64,000 bases of DNA from the human T2T-CHM13v2.0 reference genome, Homo sapiens. Made by a program: the position numbers and the translations under genes. Shown here in pieces: positions 1 through 13,070 of the stretch. The DNA is taken from NCBI RefSeq assembly GCF_009914755.1, contig NC_060930.1; one strand, 5' to 3'. Every line of letters begins with the position of its first letter. The first letter of the stretch is position 1. A model generated the notes under the pieces. That model made no database searches, was not told the origin of the DNA, and saw only the letters and a program-made list of their open reading frames with translations.

Positions 1-427
1 CGCTCTTGAAAATGTCCTGAGAAGCAAGTAGGCAAAGGCATATAAACATACATGTGAGGTGTGCTAAGCAGTGATGGAAAAAAACCCAAAACCTCCCTAG
101 TTCCCTATAATTGTAGTTATCTTATGTAAATAGAAATGATGCATTTATGACATTTCATTCCTTTACTACACTACATTTTCCACCACACATTGAGTGTATA
201 TTCACACTAATCAGTAGATCTTATTTTGAAAATGTAATTTGAAAAATGTCAAATTCCTAGAATCTTCCCCATACTGTTAATAGATAAAAGTACTCATATG
301 ATTTTATATGGAATAAAAAATTTGGGGAATGAGACAGTATGAGACAGCAAAAGAAATCATACAACACTTTTACTCAGGTTACATTAGGGAGTCCATACTA
401 TGGTACCAGAAATAGCTGTAGGAAAGC

Positions 428-1260
428 ATTCATTGATATAACAAACAAGTATTTAATTTTTATTATGTACCAGGTACTATTCTAGATGATGGGGATGAAA
501 CACTAATTAATATGTGATCGTTGACTTTGAAAAGCTTATAGTATAATATAATAATACAAGCAACTACTAAAGTGAAATAGAAACCAAGATAGATGATCCC
601 AAGAATGCTTTACTGGCAATGAAAGTATGCGTTGGAAAGATGGCCCCAAACTGAGTCTTAAAGGTCAAATAGGCATTTGCCAACAGCATGGAGTTGGATG
701 AGAGTCAGAGGTGTGGAAAGGTCATTCTAAGAGGAACAAGTACTTGGAGAAGCCACATCTAGTTAAAAGCCAAGAAGATACTATGTATGCACTCAGGTGA
801 CATTGGCAGTGTTTCTCATAGAGCTGGGAAATAAGAACCCAGCTGCATACCTGTATCTTAGTTGACAACACTGTATTCGATTGAGAGATCATGAATTTTA
901 GTTAATTATTTCTGCCACTGAGTTACTAGTTTCTAGGTGGTAGCTGTTGACATACAAATGCAAGAAATAATTGAGAGAACATGCAATGTGAATATTGATG
1001 AGAGTCAAAGGGGAAGCACCAACAGTCAAAAACAGTGGTGAAGCAGAGGCCAGAGAAGGAAACTTCAAGAGGAAGAGAGCGATAAGGTGTGAAATGCTGC
1101 AGATAAGTCACATAAAATAGGGTGAAAAAAAGCATTTGGTAATTAGGAAATCACTAAAGTGGTACCTGAGTGTAGTATCTTGAAGAGTATATGGAAGACA
1201 GTTAAACGCAGCAATTGAGGAAATTTCTCTCTTGAAACTTGTATTTTACAGAAAAGAGAA
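428..1260 (-). mobile_element. L2 LINE relic (3' end and upstream fragments)
   Basis: Starts cattcattgatataacaaacaagtatttaatttttattatgtaccaggtactattctagatg, resembling the reverse complement of the L2 3' end; purine-rich L2-like blocks continue to ~1250; boundaries approximate. Confidence 0.6.
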
Positions 1261-1409
1261 ATATAAATTTGTAGATAGAGCCAATATAGGATTATTTTTA
1301 TTATTATTATTTTGCTTGCCCTTCCCCTCTTCATTCTTATATGGAAAATAATTGAGCACTGACAGGCAGCCGTGAGAATGAAAAGATGAAAAATTTAAAA
1401 AGATTTGAA

Positions 1410-1585
1410 ATCAGATGATATGGAATAGTATTTGGGCTCTGCCTAGTTAGTTGCCCACCTTGCACAAATCAGTAACTATCTGAGTTTCGGTGTTTGCTTG
1501 AGAAAATAGGAACAGTAATATATGTCCTACCTTATTCATATGAATATTTAGATGATTACATATAATAATATATGTGAAAGTAGGT
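1410..1585 (+). mobile_element. MIR SINE relic
   Basis: Degenerate MIR core: ccttgcacaaatcagtaactatctgagtttcggtgtttg...aaaataggaacagtaata. Confidence 0.55.
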
Positions 1586-3040
1586 TATAGGTCAAATTCA
1601 TGATTAGCTTTCACTCAAATTAGACCTCTGTAAAATAAAAAGTAAATAATAGATACGTTGATTATCAGACTAAAATAAAAATACATTTAGATAAAATAAT
1701 TAAGTTGGAGAGTGAATGTTAACTTGTTTAACTGTAATTTGTGACTCCACCAAATTGTAATTTTTGATCCACTTCCTATTTGAAATAGTTTTATATTTCA
1801 CAGGGTAGGCTGTATATAAGTGCTAGAAATTCAAATTCATCTTTCAGCTGCTAAGTATGATAAAAGAATGTTCCAATAAACTTAATTCTCTATTTTGGCA
1901 AAGACTAAAACTGCAAATACGCACAATGCAAATTTAATCTATTCTGTTTATAGTCTCACTGTCACTTCAAGGTCCTATTGGGATGCCATATGGGCTGGTT
2001 TATTGCTTAGATGAAGTTTACAAATATAAACAAATAAATAATTTTGGGGATTTCTACAGAGTCAAATTAAGTTGGATGCAATGTCAAATAAACAGCACAT
2101 ATATCATAACTTCACAAAGGAATAGAATTTATTATATTTCAGGAAACGAATTCCCAAATTATATTTTACTGGATATACAAAAATGCTTGCTTGCATCTAA
2201 TGTATTTCAAATCTGCCACTTATTTAAAGAGTCATGCTTTTTACCACAGTAAATAATACAATTTAAAATGTATTCATATCCCAATGAGTCTGCCTGTTTT
2301 CTAATATGTTAACAGATCTTATTTATCCAATTGAATGTTCACTAACAAATTTAGTCTAGCTGCATTTTTTCTTCTTTCCTAAAGTAAAATTCTGAGATGG
2401 AGAACAAAGTGATTGTTGACAGAACTAACGTTCAGCTTCTTTAATGGTAAGATATTTAAGAGAAGTCAGCTAATGCTTTAAAATAAATATTAAATTTGTG
2501 CACAGGAAAAAAAAATGGTTGGAAACCAACTGATGTGGAATAATGCTTAAAAATGTTTGCTCATCCTAATATCTTTAAAAAAGCCAATGAACAAACACAA
2601 ATCAACAAGTCATATAAATACAGAAATTTTTTATTAAATCGAGAATGTAATTCAGGAAAACTATATAATGTTTGGTGGATATCATATTAAAGCATAGATA
2701 TCTGAACTGTGAATAATTTTAATAGTGAATTCATCTCTATACTTCATCCATTAAGTGTTACTAAAGGACAAATGTGTGTAAGGATCTTCTGATTGACTTT
2801 TATTTATTTACATATTTTTATATCATAAAATACCAGTTTTATTAAGAAATATTTTCTTTTTCTATATCAGAGAATTACTCTACATGATGAACATCAGTCA
2901 TTATGTCATTATCATCAACATTATCATGAAGAATTATTATAAAGTATTTCCAGGAAATCTTTCAATGTACAGTGTACTTTTTGAAATACTGCTGCATTGA
3001 CTTAGCAAAAATTCTGAAATTGAGGGAGAAATCATATCTT

Positions 3041-3312
3041 TTTTGTAACTTTTAAGTTCAGGGGTACATATGCAGGTTTGGTATATAGGTAAATTTGTGT
3101 CATGGAGTTTTGTTTACAGATTATTTTGTCACCCAGGTATTAAGCCTGGTAACCATTAGTAATTTTTCCTGATCCTCTCCCTCCTTCCACCCTCCACCCT
3201 CCAGTAGACCCCAGTGTCTGTTGTTCCCCTCTATGTGCCCATATGTTCTCATCATTTAACTACTACTTATAAGTGAGAACAGGCAGTACTTGGTTTTCTG
3301 TTCCTGCGTTAG
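3041..3312 (-). mobile_element. 5'-truncated L1 3' end (L1PA13-16-like) with 9-bp TSD
   Basis: T-tract then ttaagttcaggggtacatatgcaggtttg...aagtgagaacaggcagtacttggttttctg; TSD tcatatctt at 3032-3040 and 3313-3321. Confidence 0.9.
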
Positions 3313-3449
3313 TCATATCTTCTTCTAAAGATTGGAAAGTTGGAAGTGAGAGAGGTAAAGTTATATAGCTTTAAGTCACAAAGTCAGAAGCCATAATTTA
3401 GTTTTCGATTCTTAGATGTTGCATTCTTCTGTAGACCACAATTTGTAGT

Positions 3450-3650
3450 TTACATTTGCTAACAGTTTATAGCTAACAAAATACTTTCTCAAGTGTTATC
3501 TCAGTGAGCTCTTTGTATTGAGCTACTAAATAAGCATCAATATATACATTTTGCAATTGAATGTTCTAACATTGAGAGGAATTGAATGTCCTGTTCAATC
3601 TAACACAACTTGTTTGTGCAAATGTCTGTATTGAAACAAAATATATCTAA
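3450..3650 (-). mobile_element. MIR relic
   Basis: Degenerate antisense MIR pattern (gttatctcagtgagctct...cattttgcaattgaatgttctaacattgagagga...cacaacttgtttgtg). Confidence 0.4.
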
Positions 3651-4550
3651 TCTTTTAACTTTGTAATCAATTCAGGTTATACATTGTGTCATATGTTTAA
3701 CTAGTATGTATAATTAGTATATGTTTCATATATTACTAATTATTTTATTTTCAATTAGCTGGGCTATGATCGCAGAGATTTCTCAGTTTACAAAATTTCT
3801 AGGATTTTAGATCCTTATAACCCAGTCCATTCTCTCCTCCAAGTGTTTTTTAAAGACTCCACCAAAGGTTTTTTGTAAGGAGACTTCAAGGAATTCCAAG
3901 GGAAGTTTCCTTGAATCAATGGGAGAGGAAAAAGTAGAATAGTGAAAATGATAGTGCTCTAGGCATTGAGGCTTGGCATCTATTTATTCATTTGGTCTTG
4001 GCTGGTCCACCACACTTACCAGACTTCCCTTTAACCTATATAAACCAAGGTTTTCCATTAGATGATCCTGAGACACAATGCAAATCTAAAACTTCCCAGT
4101 AAACAAAACTTAAAGGTATATTATTATTTATTTGATGAGTAAACATCAATAAATTAAATGTGATGGAATTCTTTCTATATAAAATAAATGTAGTAGTTAT
4201 AGTCTGATATTCAAGTCTAAAATTCCAAATTATGACTATTTGCTTTTATTTACTCTATCTCATGTGTGAAGGCAAGATTTTTAAGGAAACAAGACACAAA
4301 TTATAACTGCTTTTGTGCTCACTCTAGGCATATCAATTCACGCCATCGTAAGATCATAGTGGTGGAAAATAGGCAAACTCACATCAATTTTGAAACTGTA
4401 TTAGACAGCTACTTTGAAAGAAATCTCAATTCACAGTTGTGGTAAACATAAAGGTTGCCCAGTGCAACTGTTTCATTACTGAGAAATTAGGAAATAAGCT
4501 ATTTATTGCTATACACAAGAGCTATGCTCTCTGATCTATGTCTTGTCTTC

Positions 4551-5069
4551 TGTAGTGGGCTGACGATCACCTCTAAATATAGCAGTTCCCATTCCCTGGA
4601 ACTTGTAAATGTTACCTTATTTAGAAAAAAAAAAAGTTCTGTGCAGGTGTGATTAAATTAATGATTTTAAGATGGGAAGATTATCCTAAATTATCCAGAC
4701 AGGCCCAAAATATCATCACATGTGTCTTTATAAAAGCAAAGCAGAGGGACATCTGACATACACAGAAAAAAAGGCAATGTGAAAGGAGGCAGAGATTGAA
4801 GTGATGTGGCCACAAAATAAGGAATGGGAGCAGACTCCAGGAGCTGGAAGAAGTAAGGAACAAATTATCCTCTAGAGCCTCTGTAGAGGGCACATCTCTG
4901 CTGACACTTTGGTTGATTGGGGCCTGATGCTGATTTCAGGCTTCCGGCTTCTGGCTTCCACAGTTGTGAAAGAATAATTTTCTGCTTTTTTAAGCCACCA
5001 AAGTTGTAGTAATTTGCTGCAGCAGTCATGTTTCCATCCCAGGGGCCTAGACAAATATCCACCAATACA
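4551..5069 (+). mobile_element. MaLR solo LTR (MLT1C/D-like)
   Basis: TG...CA termini (tgtagtgggctga ... caataca); motifs gttaccttat, gattatcc, agagattgaagtgatgtggccac, gagctggaagaag, ttttaagccaccaaagttgtagtaatttg. Confidence 0.85.
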
Positions 5070-5159
5070 TCATTTTTTTTTGTTTGTTTTTGTATTGGCC
5101 TGGTAATAGTACAACTACTCTTTCCTGTACACAAAAACTCATATTTCATCTTTGGACAT

Positions 5160-5535
5160 TGTACTAGTTCATTTTCATGCTGCTAATAAAGACATATCCA
5201 AGACTGGGTGACTTATAAAGGAAAGAGATTTAATTGATACATGGTTCAGCATGGATGGCAGGCCTCAGGTTATTTACAATCATGGTGGCAGACAAAGAGG
5301 AAGCAAGGCACCTTCTTCACAGGGCAGCGGGAAGGAGAAGTGCAAGCAGGGGAAATGCCAGACGCTTAAAAACCATCAGATCTCATGATGCTCACACATT
5401 ATCATGAGAACAGTATGGGGAAAACTGCCCCATGATTCAATTACCTCCACCTGGTCCTGCCCTTGACATGAGGGGATTATGGGAATTACAATTCAAGGTG
5501 GGATTTGGGTGGAGACATACAGCCAAACCATATCA
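5160..5535 (-). mobile_element. THE1 (THE1C/D-like) solo LTR with perfect 5-bp TSD
   Basis: tgtactagttcattttcatgctgctaataaagacatatcc ... acagccaaaccatatca; TSD gacat at 5155-5159 and 5536-5540. Confidence 0.93.
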
Positions 5536-6514
5536 GACATTGAGATGCAGGAGGTGGCATTGTATACTTTTTAAATAGCCATTCCCATTGCCTCTGTGGA
5601 AATAATCAGACTCCCTAATTCTTGTTTTTAGAATGTCTTCTTTGTAATAACAATAAAATTGATGGAGATTCTACTTTTAAGATGTTACTTATAGAATGTA
5701 TGAATCTATGATAAATTTGTATGGAGAATTAAAAAGAGATTTGCTCTTATCTTTTAATTCAATTAGGTTGATTCTAATCTTCTGGGTTATGTTTCTGATT
5801 CCACATTAAGAGACATTAGCTGGACATTTCTTGGACATTTGGAATTACTTATCAATTGGTCATAGGTCATTGTTTTAATTACATGATAATCAATTAAAAT
5901 ACTTCTTATATTTTATAAAAATGAATTCTTAGTGGCCTTTCTAGATCAGTTGCTAAATCTCACAGCTTTATAAGTGATCATTTGGCTTATGAATATGCAT
6001 TTAATTAAGAATGGTTACTTGTAGGTGATAAGCTTTATATATACCCCTGACATGTTAATTGTGGTTCAATGAGTATAAAAGATGAGATCTGATGGTGTTA
6101 GTTCTCTTACTTAATGCGTGACCTCACCTAAGTACTTAATGTTACCAGCCCTCACAAAAAGAAAAGTATTGTATAGGATAATGTTTTCAAGGACTGTAGG
6201 AAAGGTGAGATTTTCAGCATATAAAGGTTGACCGTATTTTTCTCTTAGGGAAAGGGATTAAAAACCCCAAGTAAATCCACAGGGTCTGTCTGATTCTTCT
6301 TGGACAGTTCTGTGAAAGGTGAGGAAACTATTAATGTTTTCATTGTTCTGGAGCATGTGTTTGGAAGAATATAATAGTGTTTACGCTATTTGCGTTAAAA
6401 AAATAACAAACTGGAAGTTAACATAGTGCTATGCTAACAAATGGACTATTCACCCTTGTTCTGGTGAATTCCTTTGTAGCCAATAATTAGGGATTTGAAT
6501 CCATGTTACCCCTT

Positions 6515-6822
6515 CCTTTTTTTTTTTTTTTTTTTTTTGAGAGGCAGTCTCGCTCTTTCGTCCAGGCTGGAGTGCAGTGGCATGATCTCTGCTCACTGCA
6601 AGCTCCACCTCCTGGGTTCATGCCATTCTCCTGCCTCAGCCTCCTGAATAGCTGGGACTACAGGCGCCGGCCACCACGCCCGGCTAATTTTTTGTATTTT
6701 TTTTAGTAGAAACGGGGTTTCACCGTGTTAACCAGGCTGGTCTACATCTCCCGACCTCGTGATCCGCCCGCCTAGGCCTCCCAAAGTGCTGGGATTACAG
6801 GCGTGAGCTACCACGCCCGGCC
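6515..6822 (-). mobile_element. AluY-like SINE
   Basis: Poly-T then full dimer ending acgcccggcc; Y-type motifs gcaagctcc and ttcatgccattctc; TSD gttacccctt at 6505-6514 and 6826-6835. Confidence 0.95.
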
Positions 6823-7027
6823 GAGGTTACCCCTTTAGAATAATAATGTATAACATGGATTATATGTGGCAATGACTCACGGAGGTTTTTCAAGAGTTTC
6901 CTATAGATTAGTGTTCCCAGTTTCATCAAATATGACAATAAAAATTTATAAAACAGATTTTGGACCATTTTACTAACTTGGAATGACTTTCCCAAGCTGA
7001 TCTACCTATACACATAATGTTTTAAAT

Positions 7028-7337
7028 TCATTTTTTATTTTAATTTATTTTTATTTTTATTTTTGAGATGGAGTCTCTCTCTGTCGCCCAGGCTAGAGTG
7101 CAGTGGAGCAATCTCTGCTCACTGCAGCTTCTGCCTCCTGGGCTCAAGTAATTCTCCTCAGCCTCCCGAGTAGCTGGCATTACAGGCATGTGCCACTACA
7201 TCCAGCTAATTTTTGTATTTTTCGTAGAGACGGAGTTTCACCATGTTGGCCAGGCTGGTCTCGAACTCCTGCCCTCAAGTGCCCACCTCAGCCTCCCAAA
7301 GTTCTGGGATTATAGGCATGAGCCACTGAACCCAGCC
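7028..7337 (-). mobile_element. AluS SINE
   Basis: (TTTTTA)n tail and dimeric Alu body; degenerate TSD tatacacataatgttttaaat / tatccacataatttttaaat. Confidence 0.93.
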
Positions 7338-7439
7338 TATCCACATAATTTTTAAATAAATCAGTAGAGTAGTTTCGCTTCCATTTTGTATGTAGAAATC
7401 CTCAGTAGAACTTACTCCTTAATAAAAAGTCTGGATAGT

Positions 7440-8060
7440 ATTCAAGGTTGCAAGTTTTGCTCAGCCCATAAAAAATATGAAATTGCTAGGTGACTATGTA
7501 AAATAAATTCCAAGGGTGACAGCTCTCTCCTAGGAGAAATAGGTTGCACAAGCTTTTTTCCTTTGTCAGAACACAGCAGGAAGGAGCAGCTTCTATAAAA
7601 TTGGAGAAGGAGGAAACAGCTGAAAATGTAAGGATTTCTTAAGGACCATGTGTGGACTACCATGGAAATTTAGAATATCTGGGAGTTTCAGATACAAAGG
7701 ACAGTAAGATTGAAAGGATGGCAGGATACCTAAAATAGTCCTCCTTAGTAATACACAGGTGTGCAAACCTGCCTTGTTTGTAGACCCTTCAATGAGAGAA
7801 TGAAGGGTCACTGGGGTAAAGAAGGAAATGTTTCCATCCCAGGGGCCTAAGCAAATATCCACAGGCTCTAGGGGAGGAGTAGAAGCAAAAGCTATCTTCC
7901 TCATTAGGTGGAGTATCAAATCCCCTTGCTCCACCATGAGCCTCATACTGAGTAACAAGGAATAGCAGCCTACATTCTGTCCCTAGGAGGGACAGGAAAC
8001 CTTTCTGTCACTGGTCCCAGGTAAAGGTACAATGCTGTTGAGGGAGAAATAGAAACAAAG
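7440..8060 (+). mobile_element. Possible old L1M 5'-region relic
   Basis: General resemblance to ancient L1M 5' sequence and adjacency to L1M ORF2 fragments; no diagnostic motif verified. Confidence 0.3.
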
Positions 8061-8149
8061 TCTGTTAATATGTTTTCTAGAGTTTTTAGATGTAATTAGG
8101 GGAAGAAGTAGGCTCTACTGGGTTTACATCACCATAGTGGGACTGGAAT

Positions 8150-8950
8150 TATGCATATTAAATGTTCATGTAGTGAAGAAGAAGCATTTCAAATCAATTA
8201 CCTAAGATTCAAACTTTAAATGTATAGAAAGAAGAGAGAAAATAAAATCCAACGAAAGCAGGGATAAAATAACAATAATAGTACAAATAAAAATTTAAAA
8301 TAGAGAAAAATTATTTATTATTAAGAAATATTTTATTTTTCTGTATCAGGTAATTATACTACATGATGAATCATCAATCATGATTAAAATGTCCATAAAA
8401 AAGAATAGAGGGAAATGTTCTCAACTCAGTAAAGGGCTTTTCGAAAAACCAACAGCGAATATCATATGCAATAGTAGAAGAGCAATGCTTTCACCATGAA
8501 ATTTGAAAAAAAGTAAGAATTTCAACTCCAAGCTTCTATGCAATGATCCAAGAATCTACAAAGTGCTTCTAGACAAAATTAGTGAATTTAGTAAGATTGT
8601 AGAATATAACATCAAAATAGAAAAATACCTTTTCTTTCTCTAAACTACTAACAATTGATTGGAAATTGACATTTTAAAACAGCCACTAGAACATTTATTA
8701 TTGATAATTTATATCCTAAATTTATCTGATAATACTAAAAATAATTGTTAAGAAAAATAAACTAAAACCTAAATAAGTGCAGAGATATAGACTTTTCAAC
8801 TTTTGGAAGACGGGATATTGCCAAATATCAGTTCTTCCCAAATTGATGTAGATTAAACACAATCTAAACAAAATTAAAGCATGGTATTTTTAGTATGATG
8901 AAATGGTGAATGACTTTTGTGAAAATTTGAAAAAGGGACCAGAGTACCAG
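8150..8950 (+). mobile_element. Old L1M ORF2 fragments with internal deletions
   Basis: A-rich ORF2-like blocks: tcaaatcaattacctaagattc..., gaatagagggaaatgttctcaactcagtaaagggc...aaccaacagcgaatatcat, agtgaatttagtaagattgtagaatataacatcaa, atcagttcttcccaaattgat. Confidence 0.7.
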
Positions 8951-9334
8951 TCCCAAACCATGAAAATGTGATGCTTATTTAATCCATGCTAAAGTATTTT
9001 AAGTAGTTTGTTGCTATGCTCAAATCATTTATATGTACTTTTAAAAAATTTATGTACATGAGTGTCTACTGAGACATAGGACAATTTTTTTTCCTGGTTT
9101 CAGTGGTCCCACACATTGCAAGATGCTAAACATCCTTTCCTTCATCAGCTATAGACAGCAGTGCCTTACTCAAATATTACATAAAAAAACAAAAAATCAA
9201 ACCAAACCAACTAACCAAATAAACAAAATAGAATACCATCACAATATTCTCCAAAATATCCCCTACAGGATGATACTGTCACAACTAAAAACTATTGAAG
9301 TTTGAGGCTGTAAGTCATGATCGTTTAATAAATG

Positions 9335-9515
9335 GATTGTGTAATCTTCGATGTAATATTTGCTATTTGCATAACCCAGTTCTCTCATCTATAAAATGAG
9401 GGTAATAACATACCCATGCTATAGGGACTTCATAGTATGGTTGCTAATTAAAACAAATAATAATTTGCACAATGACTAATACATTGTACACATTCAAATA
9501 AGTGCTGGTTATAAT
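9335..9515 (+). mobile_element. MIR relic
   Basis: cccagttctctcatctataaaatgagggtaataaca matches the MIR core. Confidence 0.7.
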
Positions 9516-10349
9516 TTTTACAAATGGTCAAACTTTGTTTGTCTATGTGTTTGTTTATTCTAGCAAATTGTAGACGGAGTTTTTAGAAGCCTTTAAGAGA
9601 TTTTTCATTACTATAATTCTTGATTATCATGCAAGCAATGTAATCCTCATTATGTTTCCTGGTTCTTTCTGAACAATAGAAGAAGAAATGATGCATGCCT
9701 CTGCTAAGGTATTTACTCTGGGATAGAAAGTAGAGGATAGATATTTGGTTTAGCAGGGAGTTCCTAAAACAGACTGCCTATTTTCTCTTTTCCTAAGTGG
9801 CATGGAGCAGGATAAATGACCAAACAAATAAAGGGTATGGAAACATGAGAGTGTTAAGAATATTGTCTTGAGAACTTATGAACTAAGCTCTAATGTGTCA
9901 CTTCTCATTTACAGAAAACCTGTTCACAGTGATTGTATTTTGATGCTGTTCAGAAGCATTGTAATAGTGATTTATAACTGGCTTTATTTTAAAAATGCAT
10001 CCAGATAGAGCATTTCATCACAGCTCTTAAGTGCTTGATGATCTTTCTTACTTGATTTCATCTTATCCTGGATGGCTGAGTTGAAGTTGCCCTTAGTTTT
10101 CCTGCCTTGTCAGGAGTCTCAGGCACAGTCATGAAAGTTGTTGATCTTTGCCTTTTCTTTTCCACATGGTTAGGTGATGTACAGAATCTAGGTGTAGTCA
10201 GGCCCCATTAGCTCTCTAAAAACTTGCATCCAATGGGCACTTCTGTGAAAGTGAGACACTCAATGTTTTCAACTCCTTTATGTGTCTGAGCTGAAAGGAA
10301 TTGTGAATGCATTTTATCTTCACAAAAGCAAGCGGTGAAAAATCTAAAT

Positions 10350-12374
10350 ACCCTATCAAAATACCAATGGCATTCTTTACAGAAATAGAAAAAACAGTTT
10401 CCAAAATTTAAATGGAAGTACAAAAGACCCGGAATGGCCAAAGCTATCCTGAGTAAGAAGAACAAAACTGGGGGAGTCACATTACCTAACTTCAAATCAT
10501 ACTACAGAACTATAGTAACCAAAACAGCATGGTACTGGCATAAAACAAACACAGACCAATGGAACAGAATAGAGAACCAGAAATAAATTCATACATCTAC
10601 AATGAAACTATTTGCAAGAAAGTGCCAAGAGTATACAATGAGGAAACACTGTATTGAGTCTCTTTTTGACAGTTTCTTCAATAAATAGTGCTTGGAAAAC
10701 TGGATATTCATATGCAGAAGAATGAAACTAGACCCCTATCTCTTGCTATTTACAAAAATCAAATCAAAATGAATTAAAGGCTTAAATCTAAGACCTTAAA
10801 CTATTAAACTACTAGAAGAAAACTTTGGGGAAATTATCCAGGACATTGGACTTGGCAAAGGTTTCTTGAGTAATACCCTACAAACACAAGTGACCAAAGC
10901 AAAAATAGACAAATGGAATCACATGAAGTTAACAAGCTTCTTCAAGGCAAAAGAAACAATCAACAAAGTGAAGAGACAACCTACTGAATGAGAGAAATAT
11001 TTGCAAACTATCTATGTGACAACGGATTAGTAAGAAGAATGTATCAGGAGCTCAAACAACTCCTTAATAAAAAACTCTAATAATCTAATTTAAAAATGGG
11101 GAAAGCATCTGAATAGACATTTCTCAAAAGAAGAGATACAAAGGACAAACAGGCATATGAAAAGGTGCTCAATATCATTGATCATGAGAGAAATGTAAAT
11201 CAAAACTACAATGAGATATCATTTCACCTCAGCTAAAATGGTTTATGTCCAGAAGACCAACAATAACAAATGCTGGCAAAGATATGGAGAAAAGGGAACA
11301 CTCACACACTGTTGGTGGGAATGTAAATTAGTACAACCACTATGGAGAACAATTTGGAGTTTCCTCACATAACTCAAAATAGAACGACCATATGGTCTCA
11401 CAATCCCACTGCTAAGTATATACTCAAAAGAAAGGAAATCAATATATTGAAGAGATATCTGAAGTCACATGTTTATTGCAACACTGTTTACAATAGCTAA
11501 GATTTGGAAGCAACCTGTGTCCATCAAGAGATGAATGGAAAAAGAAAATGTGGGCCAGGCATGGTGGCTCAAGTTTGTAATCCCAGCTGTTTGGGAGATG
11601 GAGATGGGAGGATAGTTTGAGCTCCGGAGTTCAAGACCAGCCTGGGCTATGTGGTGAGACTCCATCATTACAAAAGTAAAAATATTAGCCTGGAGCAGTG
11701 GCATGTTCCTCCGATCCTCGCAATTTCAGAGGCTAACATGGGAGGATTGTGGAAGCCTGGGTTATTAAGGCTGCAATAAGCCATGATCACACCACTGAAC
11801 TCTAGCCTGGGTGACAGATTGAGACACTGTCTCTAAGAAAAAAAGTACTATTCAACCTTAAAAAGGAAAGAGAACCTGCCATTGCAGCAACATGGATGAA
11901 ACTGAAGATCATTATGTTAAGTTAGGTAAGCCACTGTCATAGAAAGACAAACTTCACACGTTCTCATTTATTTGTGAGAGCTAAAAAAAAATAAATAAAA
12001 CAATTGAACTCAAGAAGGTACAGAGTAAAATGATGGTTACCAGAGGCTGGGAAGGACACTGGTGTGGGGATGGAGGAGAAGTGGGGATGGCTAATGGATA
12101 CCACATTAAAGTTGGAATGAATAAGATCTAGCATTTTATTGCAGAACAGGGTGACTACACACTCAACAATAATTTATCGTACATTCTAAAATAACTAAAA
12201 GATTATAATTGTATTGTTTTTAACACAAAGAAAAGATAAATGCTTGAGGTGATGGATATCCCATTTACCATGATGAGATTATTATGTATCATATGTCTGT
12301 ATCAAAATATCTCATGTACCCCATAAATATATACATCTACTATGTATCCACAAAAAACTTAAAAAATTAAAAAG
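10350..12374 (+). mobile_element. 5'-truncated L1MA (L1MA1-3-like), ORF2 3' part plus 3' UTR, 11-bp TSD
   Basis: ccctatcaaaataccaatggcattctttacagaaatag...; 3' end tgcttgaggtgatggatatccc...tactatgtatccacaaaaaa; TSD aaaatctaaat at 10339-10349 and 12375-12385. Confidence 0.92.
11553..11844 (+). mobile_element. AluJ nested in L1MA
   Basis: ggccaggcatggtggctc...ggaggatagtttgagctccggagttcaagaccagcctgggc...gagacactgtctctaagaaaaaaa; highly diverged, J-type motifs. Confidence 0.9.
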
Positions 12375-12924
12375 AAAATCTAAATTTAAAAATGACACAA
12401 AGGACTTATTACCTGCAAGAAATTTTCTAATTTTCCATTAATTTCCTTTTGTAGCCTGGCATGTAGTTTATTGACACTGATTGCATTTGGAGGAATATGG
12501 AAAGGAATTATGTTCTATCACATGACTACACAAAGATAAAACTGCCCAAGATGCACAGACACTTCCCGCCCCCAACCCTTTGTGTCCCACAGACAAAAAC
12601 TTCACACACACACTCTTGTATAATGAGAATGTGAAAGATGTTTAAATTTTAATCTCAACTCCTTACTGCTAGAGGAAGGAAGGTAGAAGGGAATACCTGC
12701 TGGATATATATAATGGAAAGACACTATCTTTTTTAATTTGGAAAATTAAAAGGACGAAGGAATAATAAACATGTTTTCAGTGCTCATTCCTATTCCAGGC
12801 GATTTATATATGTTACTTCATTAATTCTATAAAAATCATGTTTCTTCCTCTAGTTTAAATAAAATATAGCCAGATTTTGGGTGCCTGTTAAATAACCTAG
12901 CTGTTCTAAATAATGATTAATGGA

Positions 12925-13070
12925 AGTCACTTTATTGAAGGGCCTGTGCATTGCCAAGGAGTTTTCTCCCAGAAACCCCAGATCAGCAGCATTATCACAC
13001 TAATGCAGTAGACGAGAAAACTGGGGCTCCAAGAGGTACCAGTGGTGCCCAATAAGACATTAAGTGAATT
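12925..13070 (-). mobile_element. MIR relic
   Basis: attatcacactaatgcagtagacgagaaaactggggctccaagagg resembles the antisense MIR core. Confidence 0.5.

Noticed and set aside
6503-7315. ORFs 6503-6706 and 7103-7315 (also 26527-26796, 44564-44773)
   Set aside because: Alu-derived translations
7593-7958. 121-aa ORF sharing VDICLGPWDGN with ORF 4865-5149 as a protein motif
   Set aside because: Explained by the 35-bp DNA duplication; neither ORF looks protein-coding
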